From Vairimorpha necatrix (taxonomy: Eukaryota): DNA of 64,000 bases. Where the stretch lies: assembly GCA_036630325.1 (NCBI GenBank), contig CP142735.1, forward strand, positions 744,001 to 808,000, given 5' to 3'. The stretch's first letter is position 1, and each line of letters begins with the position of its first letter. The notes under the pieces were generated by a model that was not told where the DNA came from, ran no database searches, and saw only the letters and a program-made list of their open reading frames with translations. The translations under genes and the position numbers were made by a program. Of the stretch, positions 11,956 through 23,915 are shown piece after piece.

Positions 11956-14334
11956 GGTGCTTCTCCCTTTTGCTGCCCTATTTTTTTGGGATAGCAAAAC
12001 GAAGAAAAGCAAAAATATAAAATTTTCCTAAAGTAAGCATTAGCTACAAAAAATCGATATAGGGTTTTTTTGTTTTTTTTGCCCCTTTTTTTTAAAACAG
12101 GAGGAAAGAATTCGGACAAGAGAAGAATTGGAGATCATATATAATGATCTAATAATTAAGAAACAAAATAAAAAATGTAGCGTCTGTAATCAAAAAATGA
12201 AACAAAGAGGGGAGCAAAAAAGTCTCATAAGGTGTCCATGGAGCTCATGTAAAAACACAGTTTCAATTTGGAATGGAACTTTCTTTCGGGAGTTTAGGCT
12301 AAATCACATTACAATATTACAAATACTAAATTTATGGATTTTAGGTTATTCACGTAAGTCCATTTCTCAAGTTTAGGTTGTACTAAACCTTCTATATCTT
12401 CCGTGCTAAAAAAGTTAAAACACATGAGTCTTTATGATAAGTATTTATCTAGTATAGGGACTATTGGGGGCGATAATACTATAGTGGAAATTGATGAGAC
12501 TAAGATTGGGAAGAATAAATACAATAGGGGGAAGTTAGTAAAAGGATTTTGGTGTTTTGGAATGGTTGAACGTACCATCCAACGTAGAATCATAGTAGTA
12601 TTTATCAAGAAAAGAGACAAAAGAACACTTACTGGACTTCTTTTAAAATATGTAAGTAGAAGCAGTATTATATATAGCGATATGTGGAGAGCGTATCATT
12701 CTTTAAATACAATATTTAACCAACATCATATGGTTAATCATACATTACATTTTAGAGATCCAAATACAGGAGTACATACATATACCATAGAAGGTAATTG
12801 GAGATCTCTAAAACATTCTATACCAAATAGAAACAGATCATCGAATAGCGCTAAACTTTATTTATTTAGATATATGATCCAAAGAAACTCCACAACTCCA
12901 GTGTTTGAAGCTTTATTAAAATATTTATTCTAGTTTTTATTTTTGTTCCTTCCTCATCATTTTCTTTCCTCCATTTTTTAAAAAAAGGGGCAAAAAAACC
13001 CTACATCGAATTTTTGTAGCTAATGCTTACTTTAGCCAAAATTTTTATTTTTTTTAAAAAATTTACTCCGAAATGACGAAAAAAAAATTTAGAATTTTAG
13101 ATATTATTCGTTTTCCAGTCTTGCCTCGTGTAAAGACTACATGATAGAAATTGGAATCTTTAATCTGACTAGACGATGTGGTTCTTGTGATCATGTTGCA
13201 GCAGAGCTTGATTATTATTGGAAAAGGAAAGTAAAGATTAGTTTATAGGTGTTGAGACAAGAATGCAGGGCAAAGAACAGCTTTTTAACTGGCATCAAGT
13301 TATTATTTGAAGTTTATATTTTTGTTGTATTCTTGGTCCTTTGTAACAGCAATAAGATTGATTATATGTTTAACGGTAGTGACAAATGACACTATTTATA
13401 AAATAACGCTTAAACGAGGGAATATATTAGAAAGAGAAAGAAACCGATTGCAAAATCGGTGGATCGGGAGTTCAAATTCGGGTTGATGAAACTGTATTAT
13501 GTAGAAGATGAACTATTAGAGTTCATCTAGAACTGATGATGAAGCAAAAGATACTGCTGGATTTTAGGGTTGATAGAAGCTGCAAATTGACAAAGTTTTG
13601 TGTAGTACAACTTCCAGTTCGTAAGATAAATACTCTAGCAAGGATAATATGAGATAGAGGCTCGCCACTTACCATTATCAGTTCTTATTTCTAATGATTA
13701 TCCTAGTTTTCCCGGCGACGAAACAAATCTAAAACTTGAACACATTATTGCAAATCATTCAATAAGATTTCTAATGAAGAAATATTTCATACTGACGTAA
13801 TCAGAGAGACTACCTCTGGATAAATAATCTTCTAAATAATTAATTACTTTGCTATTAAAAGTTCTATTGGCACGTTTGGCATCTCTTATTGGAGCCTGGT
13901 TTCTGGCTTCGTCGCCATTTCTTGGTCGTAGGTTCCAAGGGCATTGATCGTTCTTGTGTTTCATGATCTAAAGGAGGTCAGGGCAAAAAAGAAATAAATG
14001 TTTTTTTTTTAAATAGACCGGTTGAAAGGTCTATTTTCTAAAACGGGAAGTTGATAAAATGAAAATAATTAGTTTGTGTTTTTGTATTACTAAACATACT
14101 AATAACATTTAGAATTTTGCTCTGGTATGAAATCAGAAATGACTTAACAGCACGGAGTAAAGCGTGTGTATACTGGGTTATGGCTCAAAAAAATTTACTT
14201 CTAGAAAAAAAATTATTAATAATGTAAGGAAGAACGAGGAAATGGAAGCTTTGATTGATTTTATCAAATTTAATTTTAGCTATTTTTTTATTTTTGCTGC
14301 CCCTCAAAAAGGGGTAGCAAAACGGAGAAGCGCC
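11956..14334 (+). mobile_element. Outer, degenerate Merlin (IS1595-like) element, possibly composite
   Basis: TIRs GGTGCTTCTCCCTTTTGCTGCCC / GGGTAGCAAAACGGAGAAGCGCC, 8-bp TSD TTTTTATG. Decayed transposase at ~13080-14280 (GGSGVQIRVDET, WILGLIE, HTN). Confidence 0.8.
12027..13037 (+). mobile_element. Inner Merlin element with a frameshifted transposase (12128-12933)
   Basis: Long TIRs (ctaaagtaagcattagctac...), TSD AAAATTTT, motifs VEIDETK, YSDMW, VNH, IEGNW. Confidence 0.9.
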
Positions 14335-14466
14335 TTTTTATGTATTTAGATATATATTTTAACACAATGTAGAAAAGGTAATTATATAATTTGTTTTATT
14401 CTTATGTAATACATATAATATGGTCAAATTAGAACTTATAAAAACTATTTTTTGTACTTTATAAAT

Positions 14467-17400
14467 AAAATGAGGGTAAGGACAGAGCAGGAGGAAAAAA
14501 ACGAAAAAATTACAAAACAAACCTCTATAGCAAACATAGACAAAGTAGACACAGAAGAGAAAGAACAGGGGCCAGAACACACTAGTGTGCCCACTCAATC
14601 CACTTCTGAGACTCTTGCAGCAGTACTTGTGAGTACCGAAGCGAGTGAAGAAGAGTGGCCTCAAAGAGTATTTCTATCAATCATAAATAGATTTGGTAGA
14701 ATGCCAAGAGGAGGGTGGAATAAAGCTACCGAGTTCTTCTGTGGAAAATTTGGGTCTAACATGAGTTCACTAGAATTCAAGGGCAAAGCGAAGAAAGCAC
14801 TCACTAGTAATAGTGGTAGACAAATGACAGCCCGGGAATTCTTAGTGAATCCTACCAAAAGAAGAAAAGCCGAAACTGGCCCGAAAGAAGGGAATAGTCT
14901 CTTCGAAACCGAGCTCTTCCTGAAAGCACAAAAATTGTTCTTGGAAAAACTCAGTTGTATTCAGAACACATGTGTGGACCAGGTAGAAAGAACAAGGAAG
15001 ATTTCTTCCTTGAAGGTTGATCTGTTGAAACTTGATGCTACAGTCAAGGCGGTAGATAGTCATGTTAGATACCACCCCCCTCATAACATGACAGAGATGG
15101 CAAGGATACTGCAAGCTGCACAGATCTGCTATCAGGAAATGGCCAGTAAGAAGCCTAAACCTTCGTCTTGGAAAGAAAGTATCTTGAAAAAGATTACTGA
15201 GATCGAAGACAAGGTAGTGCTTATCAAAAAGGCCAGGGCTTTTGATAAACTCTCAAATGAGGAAAAGCGTAAAGTCAAGAAGGTAATGCGTGAACTCAAC
15301 ATGCTTGCATGTTTACACCGAGATACTTCTGAAGCCATTGCTATACTCAACGAGAGGAAAGCCATATACTCAAGGAAGCTAGAGGTCGCAGACCGACGTA
15401 GAGAGTATAGGCGTGAAAATCAAAACTTTGAGCTATATAGAAGCAATTTCTATAGAAAACTCAAGTGTGCCAATGAGGTTACTCATAAAGTAAGTAAAGA
15501 AGATATTAGTTCATTCTGGTCTACCATGTGGAATAAGAAAGAGCAATCCGAAGACTGCAATAGTTTCGAGGAGTATCTTCTAGAATACATTCCTGATAGC
15601 CAAGATCAGATCACTTTCCCAACCTTGCAAGAATTTGTAGATATTATTAAATATTTACCAAATTGGAAGGCTGCAGGCTGTGATGGAATCTTCAATTTCT
15701 TTATTAAGAAGTGTGAAGCTCTACATCCATTCCTTTACAAGATTGTTAAGGAAGTATGCTTGGATGGGAAAGAACCCGAAGCTTGGTTCTACAAGGGGAT
15801 TACTTATTTAATACCCAAAGGTACCCCCACTAGTGGTAATGACTTCAGGCCTATTACCTGTATGTCGAACCTCTACAAGCTTACAACGAAATGCACTACG
15901 AAAGTAATGCAGCTAATTGTAGAAAGTAGAGGGCTACTAGCAGAGAACCAACTAGGGACAGTTAGACAAGTCCAAGGAGCAAAAGAGCAAGCTATGATTA
16001 ATATAGCAGTCAATAAGGAGCATGGAAACAAGCTGAAGACTATGTGGATAGATGTAAAGAAAGCCTACGACTCCGTAGACCATTCTTATCTATTAACATG
16101 TATTAGCAAGTTGAATCTCCCTCAATGGATAAGTAAATTCTTAGAAGCCACGGTTAAAAGGTGGCACATTGAGATAAAATCAGGATCGGAAACGATACTG
16201 AATAAGAAGATTGAAAGAGGCATATTACAAGGGGATTCCCTGTCGCCGCTTTTGTTTGTACTATGTATGGACCCGTTGAGCAGGAAACTGAATTCAACTT
16301 ACCCAAAAGTAGGAATACAGACTCACGAGAGTGTTTATGTAACAAACCATCTTCTATTTATTGATGATCTTAAGCTCCTAGCAGAGAACGATGACGTTTT
16401 AAAACTGATGAAAGAGGAAACTAAAAAGTTTTTCTCTGCTGTAGGTTTAGAAATGAATAGGAGTAAGTCTGCAACTAACTGTAGTGATTGTAGTGAAGAT
16501 GCAGTAGTACTAGAAGGGCATCAAGGATACAAATACCTTGGAATAACAGAAGATGCCTCTAGTGCTATCAAAAGAGAGACTTTTGAAAAAGTAAGAAGTG
16601 AGATCCTACAGAGGGTTGAAAAACTGTGCAAGACTCAATTAAATGGTGAGAATATGATTCGAGCTATAAACGAGCATGCAATATCAGTAATAAACTATCA
16701 TGTAGGATTATTAAAATTAGAACCAATAGATTTCAAAAGTCTCGATTTTGATATCCGACAGGTACTTATCAAGTACCAGGTCCATCTGCAGCCAGCCTGC
16801 AAGGAAAGACTATACCTTCCTAGATCCGAAATGGGCAGAGGCCTCATAAGTATCGAAGATAGAAGCGAAAGTATGCTTCTGAATATTTATAAAACATTAG
16901 ATGGGTCTAGAAATAGCTCACTAAGACGGGCAGCGATACTTAAAGTAGAGGCAGAGAGCAAATCCCACTTGTTTACAATAAACGAGTATCTAAGGATTAG
17001 GTATAGCTTTGTAGGAGAGATAACCCAGAAGATGCTAATAGAATCCCAAAAAGAAGCGCTTTACAACAAAATTAACATAAGGACAAACCATGGAAAGTTG
17101 TTTAAAGCTAGGGACAATGATTTAGTAAGCATTAGGGACTCTTCTACCTGGCTGGTTAAAGGAAACAATCAGGCTAGATCCGAAGCAATTTACTGCTTCC
17201 TACAGGATAGAAATATCTTCTGTGGACAAGAGGGACAATGTCCCCATTGTGGATCTCATAGGAAGACCGTGGATCATTTAGCTACCAAGTGTGATCGAAT
17301 GTTGGGTTTTGATTATATGAAAAGACGCAACGAGGTAGTTAGATGCATTCATCTCTTACTATGTATTAAATATGGGTTTAAGAAGACAAAGAAAATACGT

Positions 17401-18053
17401 GGACACTCAGTACAAGAGATCATGGAAAATGATCGTGCAGAAATAAGAGTAGATACGAGAATATCCACTAATATAAAGGTAACCCATAATAAGCCTGATA
17501 TTCTTGTGTTTGACAAGAAGAAGAAAGAAATTTTAATAGTTGAAGTTGGTATAACCAACCAGGATCGACTTACTATAGTTGAGAATGAAAAACTAAGAAA
17601 ATATGACCTTCTTGCAAATGAACTGGGACTAATACATAAATCCCGGACAAGAATAGTTCCTTATGTAATGACATGGGATGGAGTGGTGACCAAATATCAC
17701 AGAAAGTACATCAGGGAGCTAGAAATCCAACCCTACCTGGAAGCATATATCCAGTCTATTGTGATGAAGAAGACTCTAGAGTCCATCTCTTTGGAACGAC
17801 GACGAGGATACGATCAGGAGGATGCAGGAGAAGAAGAAGTGGCTAGAGCTGTAAGCGCACTAGCGAATATGGCGACTGTTAAAGAAGTGGTGTCGGCAAA
17901 GGGGAATGAAGCTGCTAAAGTGAAGTTGGAAAACATTAATAATTCCACAGAAACCAAAGTCTGTGAAGAGCTGAATCCCATGAGCGATACCGGGGAAAGC
18001 TGTGCTATGAATATCTAAACATAATTGAAAATTAACTCAATAAATCTTTTATA
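14467..18053 (+). mobile_element. Full-length non-LTR retrotransposon, RLE type (R4/NeSL-like)
   Basis: Perfect 14-bp direct repeat TGTACTTTATAAAT at 14453-14466 and 18054-18067 flanks a single ORF. Confidence 0.9.
14470..18018 (+). CDS. Reverse transcriptase plus CCHC motif and restriction-like endonuclease
   Basis: FRPITC, GILQGDSLSP, HLLFIDD, YKYLG, CPHC..H..C, KPDILV..EV..KY. First ATG at 14470. Confidence 0.95.
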   Translation: MRVRTEQEEKNEKITKQTSIANIDKVDTEEKEQGPEHTSVPTQSTSETLAAVLVSTEASEEEWPQRVFLSIINRFGRMPRGGWNKATEFFCGKFGSNMSSLEFKGKAKKALTSNSGRQMTAREFLVNPTKRRKAETGPKEGNSLFETELFLKAQKLFLEKLSCIQNTCVDQVERTRKISSLKVDLLKLDATVKAVDSHVRYHPPHNMTEMARILQAAQICYQEMASKKPKPSSWKESILKKITEIEDKVVLIKKARAFDKLSNEEKRKVKKVMRELNMLACLHRDTSEAIAILNERKAIYSRKLEVADRRREYRRENQNFELYRSNFYRKLKCANEVTHKVSKEDISSFWSTMWNKKEQSEDCNSFEEYLLEYIPDSQDQITFPTLQEFVDIIKYLPNWKAAGCDGIFNFFIKKCEALHPFLYKIVKEVCLDGKEPEAWFYKGITYLIPKGTPTSGNDFRPITCMSNLYKLTTKCTTKVMQLIVESRGLLAENQLGTVRQVQGAKEQAMINIAVNKEHGNKLKTMWIDVKKAYDSVDHSYLLTCISKLNLPQWISKFLEATVKRWHIEIKSGSETILNKKIERGILQGDSLSPLLFVLCMDPLSRKLNSTYPKVGIQTHESVYVTNHLLFIDDLKLLAENDDVLKLMKEETKKFFSAVGLEMNRSKSATNCSDCSEDAVVLEGHQGYKYLGITEDASSAIKRETFEKVRSEILQRVEKLCKTQLNGENMIRAINEHAISVINYHVGLLKLEPIDFKSLDFDIRQVLIKYQVHLQPACKERLYLPRSEMGRGLISIEDRSESMLLNIYKTLDGSRNSSLRRAAILKVEAESKSHLFTINEYLRIRYSFVGEITQKMLIESQKEALYNKINIRTNHGKLFKARDNDLVSIRDSSTWLVKGNNQARSEAIYCFLQDRNIFCGQEGQCPHCGSHRKTVDHLATKCDRMLGFDYMKRRNEVVRCIHLLLCIKYGFKKTKKIRGHSVQEIMENDRAEIRVDTRISTNIKVTHNKPDILVFDKKKKEILIVEVGITNQDRLTIVENEKLRKYDLLANELGLIHKSRTRIVPYVMTWDGVVTKYHRKYIRELEIQPYLEAYIQSIVMKKTLESISLERRRGYDQEDAGEEEVARAVSALANMATVKEVVSAKGNEAAKVKLENINNSTETKVCEELNPMSDTGESCAMNI

Positions 18054-18426
18054 TGTACTTTATAAATTATTGATTTTTTCCTCCTTTTTTTACGTTTTGG
18101 TTTTCCAAAAATTGGGATATTTTTTAAAATTAGTATATATATTCATGGGGGACTAAAGTGGAAATTGGCCTAAGTTCTTTTTTGCTTTTTTTTTGGTAAA
18201 ATTAAAATTTTATTTTAAAAGAGGTACAAATCTTTGAATGTCAATTTTTTCAACGCCTGTCAACAGTTTTGGCGTTGAATTTTATAAAAATAAAAATTTG
18301 ACATGTCAAAAAAAAAAAGTAGCTTAAGTTTGCTTATTTACCGTAATTTTTAAAGTAATAAAAATCATATAATTTAGCTATAACTCCTTTTTTTATATAA
18401 ATGAATAAATCCTAATCAGCCCCAAA

Positions 18427-20286
18427 ATGGAAAGAGAAACTAAAACACTAGAATTTGAAAATCTTTATTACGACGTACCAAATGTAGATCCAAATATACA
18501 TGGTCCATACGCTGAGATTTTGAAATCTTTATCTGGGAAAATTGAATCTGGGAAACTTACAGCTGTGCTTGGTTCTAGTGGCTGTGGTAAAACTCATTTT
18601 CTTAGAATGCTTGTTGGAGATATTAGTGGAAAATCAAAGACATTTGGTAGAATTCTATACAATGGTGAAGAAAGAAATCCAGAAGGATGGAAAATGAAGT
18701 TTTCTTATGTTCCCCAGGATGATATATTTTATCCTGACTTATCGATTTATGATCATATGAAATATTATATGTCACTTGGGGAAGCAAAATATCGGGAGTT
18801 TGACGAACGTAAAGCCGACAAGATACTTGACGGATGCGCGATATTGCACAAAAAAAATAGTCTCGTTGGATCACTTTCAGGAGGTGAACGTAAAAGAGCT
18901 TTGATCGCTATTTCTATGATTAATGATCCAGAAATTTTAATTTTAGACGAGCCTACAACTGGGTTAGATTCAAATACAGCATTAGAAATTATTTACACCT
19001 TAAAAAAATATGCACAGGACTATAATTGTATGGTTATATCTACAATTCATCAACCTGGTGCTGGTCTTTTCAGCTACTTTGATGATTTAATTGTATTAGT
19101 TAAATTAGGAGTATTTTATATTGGACCATATAAACAATTAGAATCTTTTTTGGTTGAAAATGGGATCTCTACAGAATCAGAGTTATCATTGCCAGAATTT
19201 TTGTTCGTTATTATATCTGATCATTCCCTTCTTCCCGAAGCTAAAAAATATAAACCGAATGTTAAGAAAATCATTGAAAAAAATAAGCAATCATGTAGAA
19301 ATGAAAATACTGCTGAAATATGCAATAACTACAAGACTCTTACTTTTAAACCTAAATTATATGATAGTTGGAAGGTGATGAAACATTCCTTTGAGACTAC
19401 CTATAACAAAAACAAATCATATTTTGGTCTAGTTTTAATGATTTTTTGGACAATCTTATTGATTTTATTGGAGCCAATTCTGCATTTCTTTATATCCCTT
19501 TCATATAATTGCTTAGAACTGAATGAAGAATTGAAACAATGTTCTTATGATCAAATATTCAGTTTTAGTTTTGGTATAGTTAGTCATTTATATAAATTTT
19601 CTCATATCATTTGGGTTTTTTATTCGTGCACAAATGTATGGAATTACAACGAATATTTTGCTCCCGAATATTTAAACGACAAATACACATATGGTACGTA
19701 TTTTATGGCAATGCTCTACTATTCTCTAATAAGAACTTTTATGTTCTTTTTTCCTAAGTTCTTTTGTTTTCTTTTATTTTATAGAAATTTTTTGTTCCAC
19801 CCACTAGTCTTTTTAGTTTTTACTGTCTCTACTATCATTAATATTTTTTTATACACTTGTATGTCTATTATTATTGAATATAATAGCGTATTTTGGTACA
19901 TATATATAGTGTTAATGAATATATCACAATTTGACTGTGTAGAGAATGAGCTATACTATGATGATCCCATTGCTTACCTGTCATCAATCTTCCCAATATT
20001 TAATTTTAGACTTTTTTTAAGGATGAGATGTTTTGGATTATTGGAAAAATTTAAGAATAGGTCAGCAATTTCTGAATTTCTGAGTAAAACATTCGTTGAA
20101 AAAATTATCAGGTACTCATATGAAGAAGGTGCAGAAAATACTATTATTTACAATACTTTTGGCAAATGGGCAGATTTTATTACAATTTTCACTATGTTTG
20201 GATCTTGTTTATTACTGGTTGGTGTTGTAACAGTACTTTTCAAAATCAACAGAATTCCTAATATGAGATTTAAATTATCAAAATAA
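18427..20286 (+). CDS. ABCG (white-family) half transporter
   Basis: Walker A GSSGCGKT, signature LSGGERKR, Walker B ILILDEPTTGLD, TIHQP, C-terminal TM domain. Confidence 0.95.
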   Translation: MERETKTLEFENLYYDVPNVDPNIHGPYAEILKSLSGKIESGKLTAVLGSSGCGKTHFLRMLVGDISGKSKTFGRILYNGEERNPEGWKMKFSYVPQDDIFYPDLSIYDHMKYYMSLGEAKYREFDERKADKILDGCAILHKKNSLVGSLSGGERKRALIAISMINDPEILILDEPTTGLDSNTALEIIYTLKKYAQDYNCMVISTIHQPGAGLFSYFDDLIVLVKLGVFYIGPYKQLESFLVENGISTESELSLPEFLFVIISDHSLLPEAKKYKPNVKKIIEKNKQSCRNENTAEICNNYKTLTFKPKLYDSWKVMKHSFETTYNKNKSYFGLVLMIFWTILLILLEPILHFFISLSYNCLELNEELKQCSYDQIFSFSFGIVSHLYKFSHIIWVFYSCTNVWNYNEYFAPEYLNDKYTYGTYFMAMLYYSLIRTFMFFFPKFFCFLLFYRNFLFHPLVFLVFTVSTIINIFLYTCMSIIIEYNSVFWYIYIVLMNISQFDCVENELYYDDPIAYLSSIFPIFNFRLFLRMRCFGLLEKFKNRSAISEFLSKTFVEKIIRYSYEEGAENTIIYNTFGKWADFITIFTMFGSCLLLVGVVTVLFKINRIPNMRFKLSK

Positions 20287-20844
20287 ATAATTTATTTTAT
20301 TTTGTATAGTTTCTTGTGTTTTTACCCTCTCCCTTTCGTAGTTTTGTAATTTCCGAACTAAATGTTTGGGTTGTTTTGTAAATAATAGTAAACATTGTCT
20401 AAGAAAACCGTTACAAAATGATAACAATGTTTCAGATATTTTCTAGGGGTTTCTTTATTGTAAATTTTTCTACAAAATATCATATATTTACTGTATTATA
20501 AAAGGTTTTAATTAGATTTCCCGACCTTCTTTTTGATATTTTGAAATTCTCGATCTATTTATTTTAGTCTTTTTATGTTACACAGGATTTAATCGTTATT
20601 GTACCATGTTTTAATTTCTATATTGCCATAATATTAGAATTTTATATCAACTAAAAAAATTTAATGGAAGTCATCGCTTGCTCTTGCCTTTTCTAGTCAG
20701 CTTATCATATATCTATAACCAGGGATACTGACGGCTTTAATTTAAACTTTAAATATTCTCAAGACTTGTTTCAATTGTATTTTTTATAAATGAAAAGATG
20801 AAAATCTTGATCTGAGCTTCGAAAAAAAAATTCGATGGTATTTA

Positions 20845-21441
20845 CAGGGGGTTACATTTTTTTAGTTTAACTTTTCCATTTTTTATAGCCCAACTTTATA
20901 TTTATATAGCCCTACTTTTACATTTTTATAGCTCAACTTTGCATTTTTATAGCTCAACTTTGCATTTTTATAGTACACTTTTTGAAAATAAAAACCTTTT
21001 TATATGCCTAGTGAAGCTAGAGCAACAGTCACACCAGGTTGCAAATTTTTATCATTCAAGAGATGTTTTAGGATAACTAAGAGAATTGGGTATTTCTTAC
21101 GTTTTTTTGCCTCCATATTTATCACATCTGAATAATATTAAAAGTTTTTTTCTAAGATAAAATTGAGATTTTGTGCTATACAAATTTTAATAATACAGTA
21201 GAAACAGATTTAGAACAAATTCCAGAAAATGATTTATGCTTATCGTGTAATTGATTCAACACTTTTATGGTATGATGCTAGAAATGGCAAGGCGAAACAT
21301 GAATTTATATAATTTAATGAGATTGTATATATTTTACACATATTTATATTGATGGTTCGTTATAAATTAAATTCCGGTTTTTTATAATTAGCAAAAAATG
21401 GACTATTAATATGCAAAAGTTGGACTAAAAATACAAACCCG
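20845..21441 (+). mobile_element. Non-autonomous internal-deletion derivative of the Tc1/IS630 family
   Basis: TA flanks, CAGGGG TIR, ~20-bp subterminal repeats. The ORF start (MPSEARATVTP) is joined directly to a 3' region homologous to 44240-44654. Confidence 0.85.
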
Positions 21442-21511
21442 TAAAACACTTCCAAAAGAGGGATGGGAATAAAAATAAGCACATTGACAATATATATATA
21501 ATCAAATAAAG

Positions 21512-22718
21512 GGCGCTACTAAATTATCTCGGCCACTTTTCAAAAGAGGGGTAAAAAAAATAAAAAGTTGGTAGATAGAAAATTTTTAAAAAAAAATAGA
21601 AAAAATCTGAATTAAAATTTAAAATATTGATTAAAATTTTGATTGGAAGATGTATAAAAAGTAATTATCTTAAAGCAGGCTAAAAGGAGAAGTTTAGGGT
21701 CATAATTATTTATATTTCTTTTTGTCCATACGAATTCATTTTAAAATATTTGGATTCTCTTTTTATTTACACCACCTCGTGCTCGATATTGCTGCTTCAA
21801 ATGAGACCACAGGTTTTCAATCTGATTAGTGTTTGTTCGTCCCTGTGTGCTAAACCCTTCACTGTGATTAACAACGTAGTAAACTGACCCAAATTAACGC
21901 ACTGCCCATGGATACGAAGGATATTCATCTGTTACTATTATAGAACCCGCCCTAAAATATTGTTTAAAAAATTCAAATATTGTTTCTTTTTTTCTGTTTG
22001 GAATTATTTTTAAAACAAAATTTCTGAAATTATCCTTCTCTACGCCGCCTAAAATCCATTGTATTCTAGGAATATCATCATCTACACTTGATGGGTTCTC
22101 GATTATTAACCCAGAACAGATAGCAGTTTCGTCGAATTGTACTTCGAGCCATCACCGCCAATCTGTTTTTCCTCTTGTTCTCTTTCCCTAATCAGTTCAT
22201 CATTTATGTTTTTTAGTTTTATGTAGGTTGGCTCAGATATTTGACATAAATTTACTGCGTGATAGCTGCTGGCGTTAAAAATCCAGCAATGTATTCCTTT
22301 TAAAACTTTGTTTGCATCAATTCTTATTTTTTAACTTTGAGCCCTTCCTTATGGATATCCTTCTCCTACATGATGTGTTGACACATAGGAAAACTTTCCC
22401 GTCTAGTGCTTTTCTCTCGGTTTGCAAGCGATTAGCACTACCACACTTATCACAAATAAGAGAACTTTGAAAAATATTATGTCTTGTGAAAAAATCCAAT
22501 ACTCTTTCGTCGTTTTGGAATATTTCGTAGGAGAAGTCTAAGCTTGTTAGCTCGTCAATAAGTCTTTCCATGTTTAGGGCGGATTTTAACCCTTTTTTTC
22601 ATTTTCACCTTTATTCAATTATCTCGGCCAAGAAAAAGTTCCCCTTGGAATTTGAACGAATTATATATTTTTTTTTACCCCTATTTTCACCCCTTGGCCG
22701 AGATAATTTAGTAGCGCC
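21512..22718 (-). mobile_element. Merlin element, defective transposase
   Basis: TIR GGCGCTACTAAATTATCTCGGCCA, TSD AAATAAAG. Minus-strand motifs CDKC..CVNTSC, QFDETA, WILGGVE, TNQIENLW. Confidence 0.9.
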
Positions 22719-23329
22719 AAATAAAGCATTCATCATAAATTTTTTTTTATTTAACTTTATTTAAGAAATAGTTAGTATAGAATTCATGGGCAATCCAAAG
22801 CTCTCCTAGTTATTATAAAACTACTTTCAAATGTGGATTTTAATTTATTTACGAAAAATACTTTATAAAGATTGTCGGAGATAGTCTGTAAATTCATTAT
22901 GGATAATTCTAACAAAAATTTAAAGTTGTATGAACTTCTCAACATTCCATAGACGACGATGGCCCTTTGATCTAACACACATGCAATTTGGGTTGCGGCC
23001 TCAATGTGTTGGAACCTGTTTAATAGCATTAATTAATCTAGGTGAATATTCACAATATTTTGTCAAAGGCTTTTGGTGAGATCGTCAAAGTAAATTAGGT
23101 TTATAGCTGTTTATACTATAATATTAGATGTATAATGATGCGCTGATTAATATTGTCTTTTGGATTTTTTTTGTAAGAACTTTTCATGTAATTCCCCAAA
23201 TCCTTTGTTTTTTGCTTTTTGAAAGTATAGAACAATAATCACCAGCCTTTTATTGCATATAAAGAGCAATGTCTATGATATAACATCATTGTAGTATCTA
23301 CAAAATTTTAAATTATCAAGCCCTCCGGC

Positions 23330-23915
23330 TTATAAGGTCTGAGTGTTGCAGCAACCTAGATAAAACAATTATTTGTATTTCCTTAAATATTGAATTCTCG
23401 GTTTTTTTGTTGGCTGATAAATTTGTGTGCAAAGGCTTCCCATACTAGATTTTTTAAAGTCATTTTTCGTCTTTAATAAAGTCTTGGCCGTTTTCCGAAG
23501 ATCTGGTACAACGGAGGATCTAATTTTTCTTGGGATTTTATATGTGGCGAGACATGTGGGAGACTAGTGGTAAACGCAGTAAAATAAAATGTCACATTGT
23601 TTATGTGATGGTGAGAGGAGCGTGTGTGCGATGCCGACGATTGTAGGGACAATTAGGCTAGTGCAATGATGTATTTCCTCGGGGTATTCAAACAACTTCC
23701 ATTAAGCTATCTGTTGTGAGATATATCTAGACGATTTAAGATAAAGATTGAAAAAAATTCTCCTAGAGCAAAAGTCATATCAATATGGCGAATCTTACTG
23801 CACAGAAAGCTCATAGAGTAAATTTTAGTGAGTAAGAATCTACAAAACCGGTTGGAATAGGATCAACACAAATCTCTCGATCTATATAAAGTCTTTCCCC
23901 TACCTCTTCTTGCAA
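23330..23915 (+). mobile_element. Old copy of the SINE-like repeat (clear from ~23540; 5' extent uncertain)
   Basis: Matches the reverse complement of 34299-34700: gagactagtggtaaacgcag, gattgtagggac, ttttagtgagtaagaatcta, cctcttcttgcaa, then taaataaata. Confidence 0.75.
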
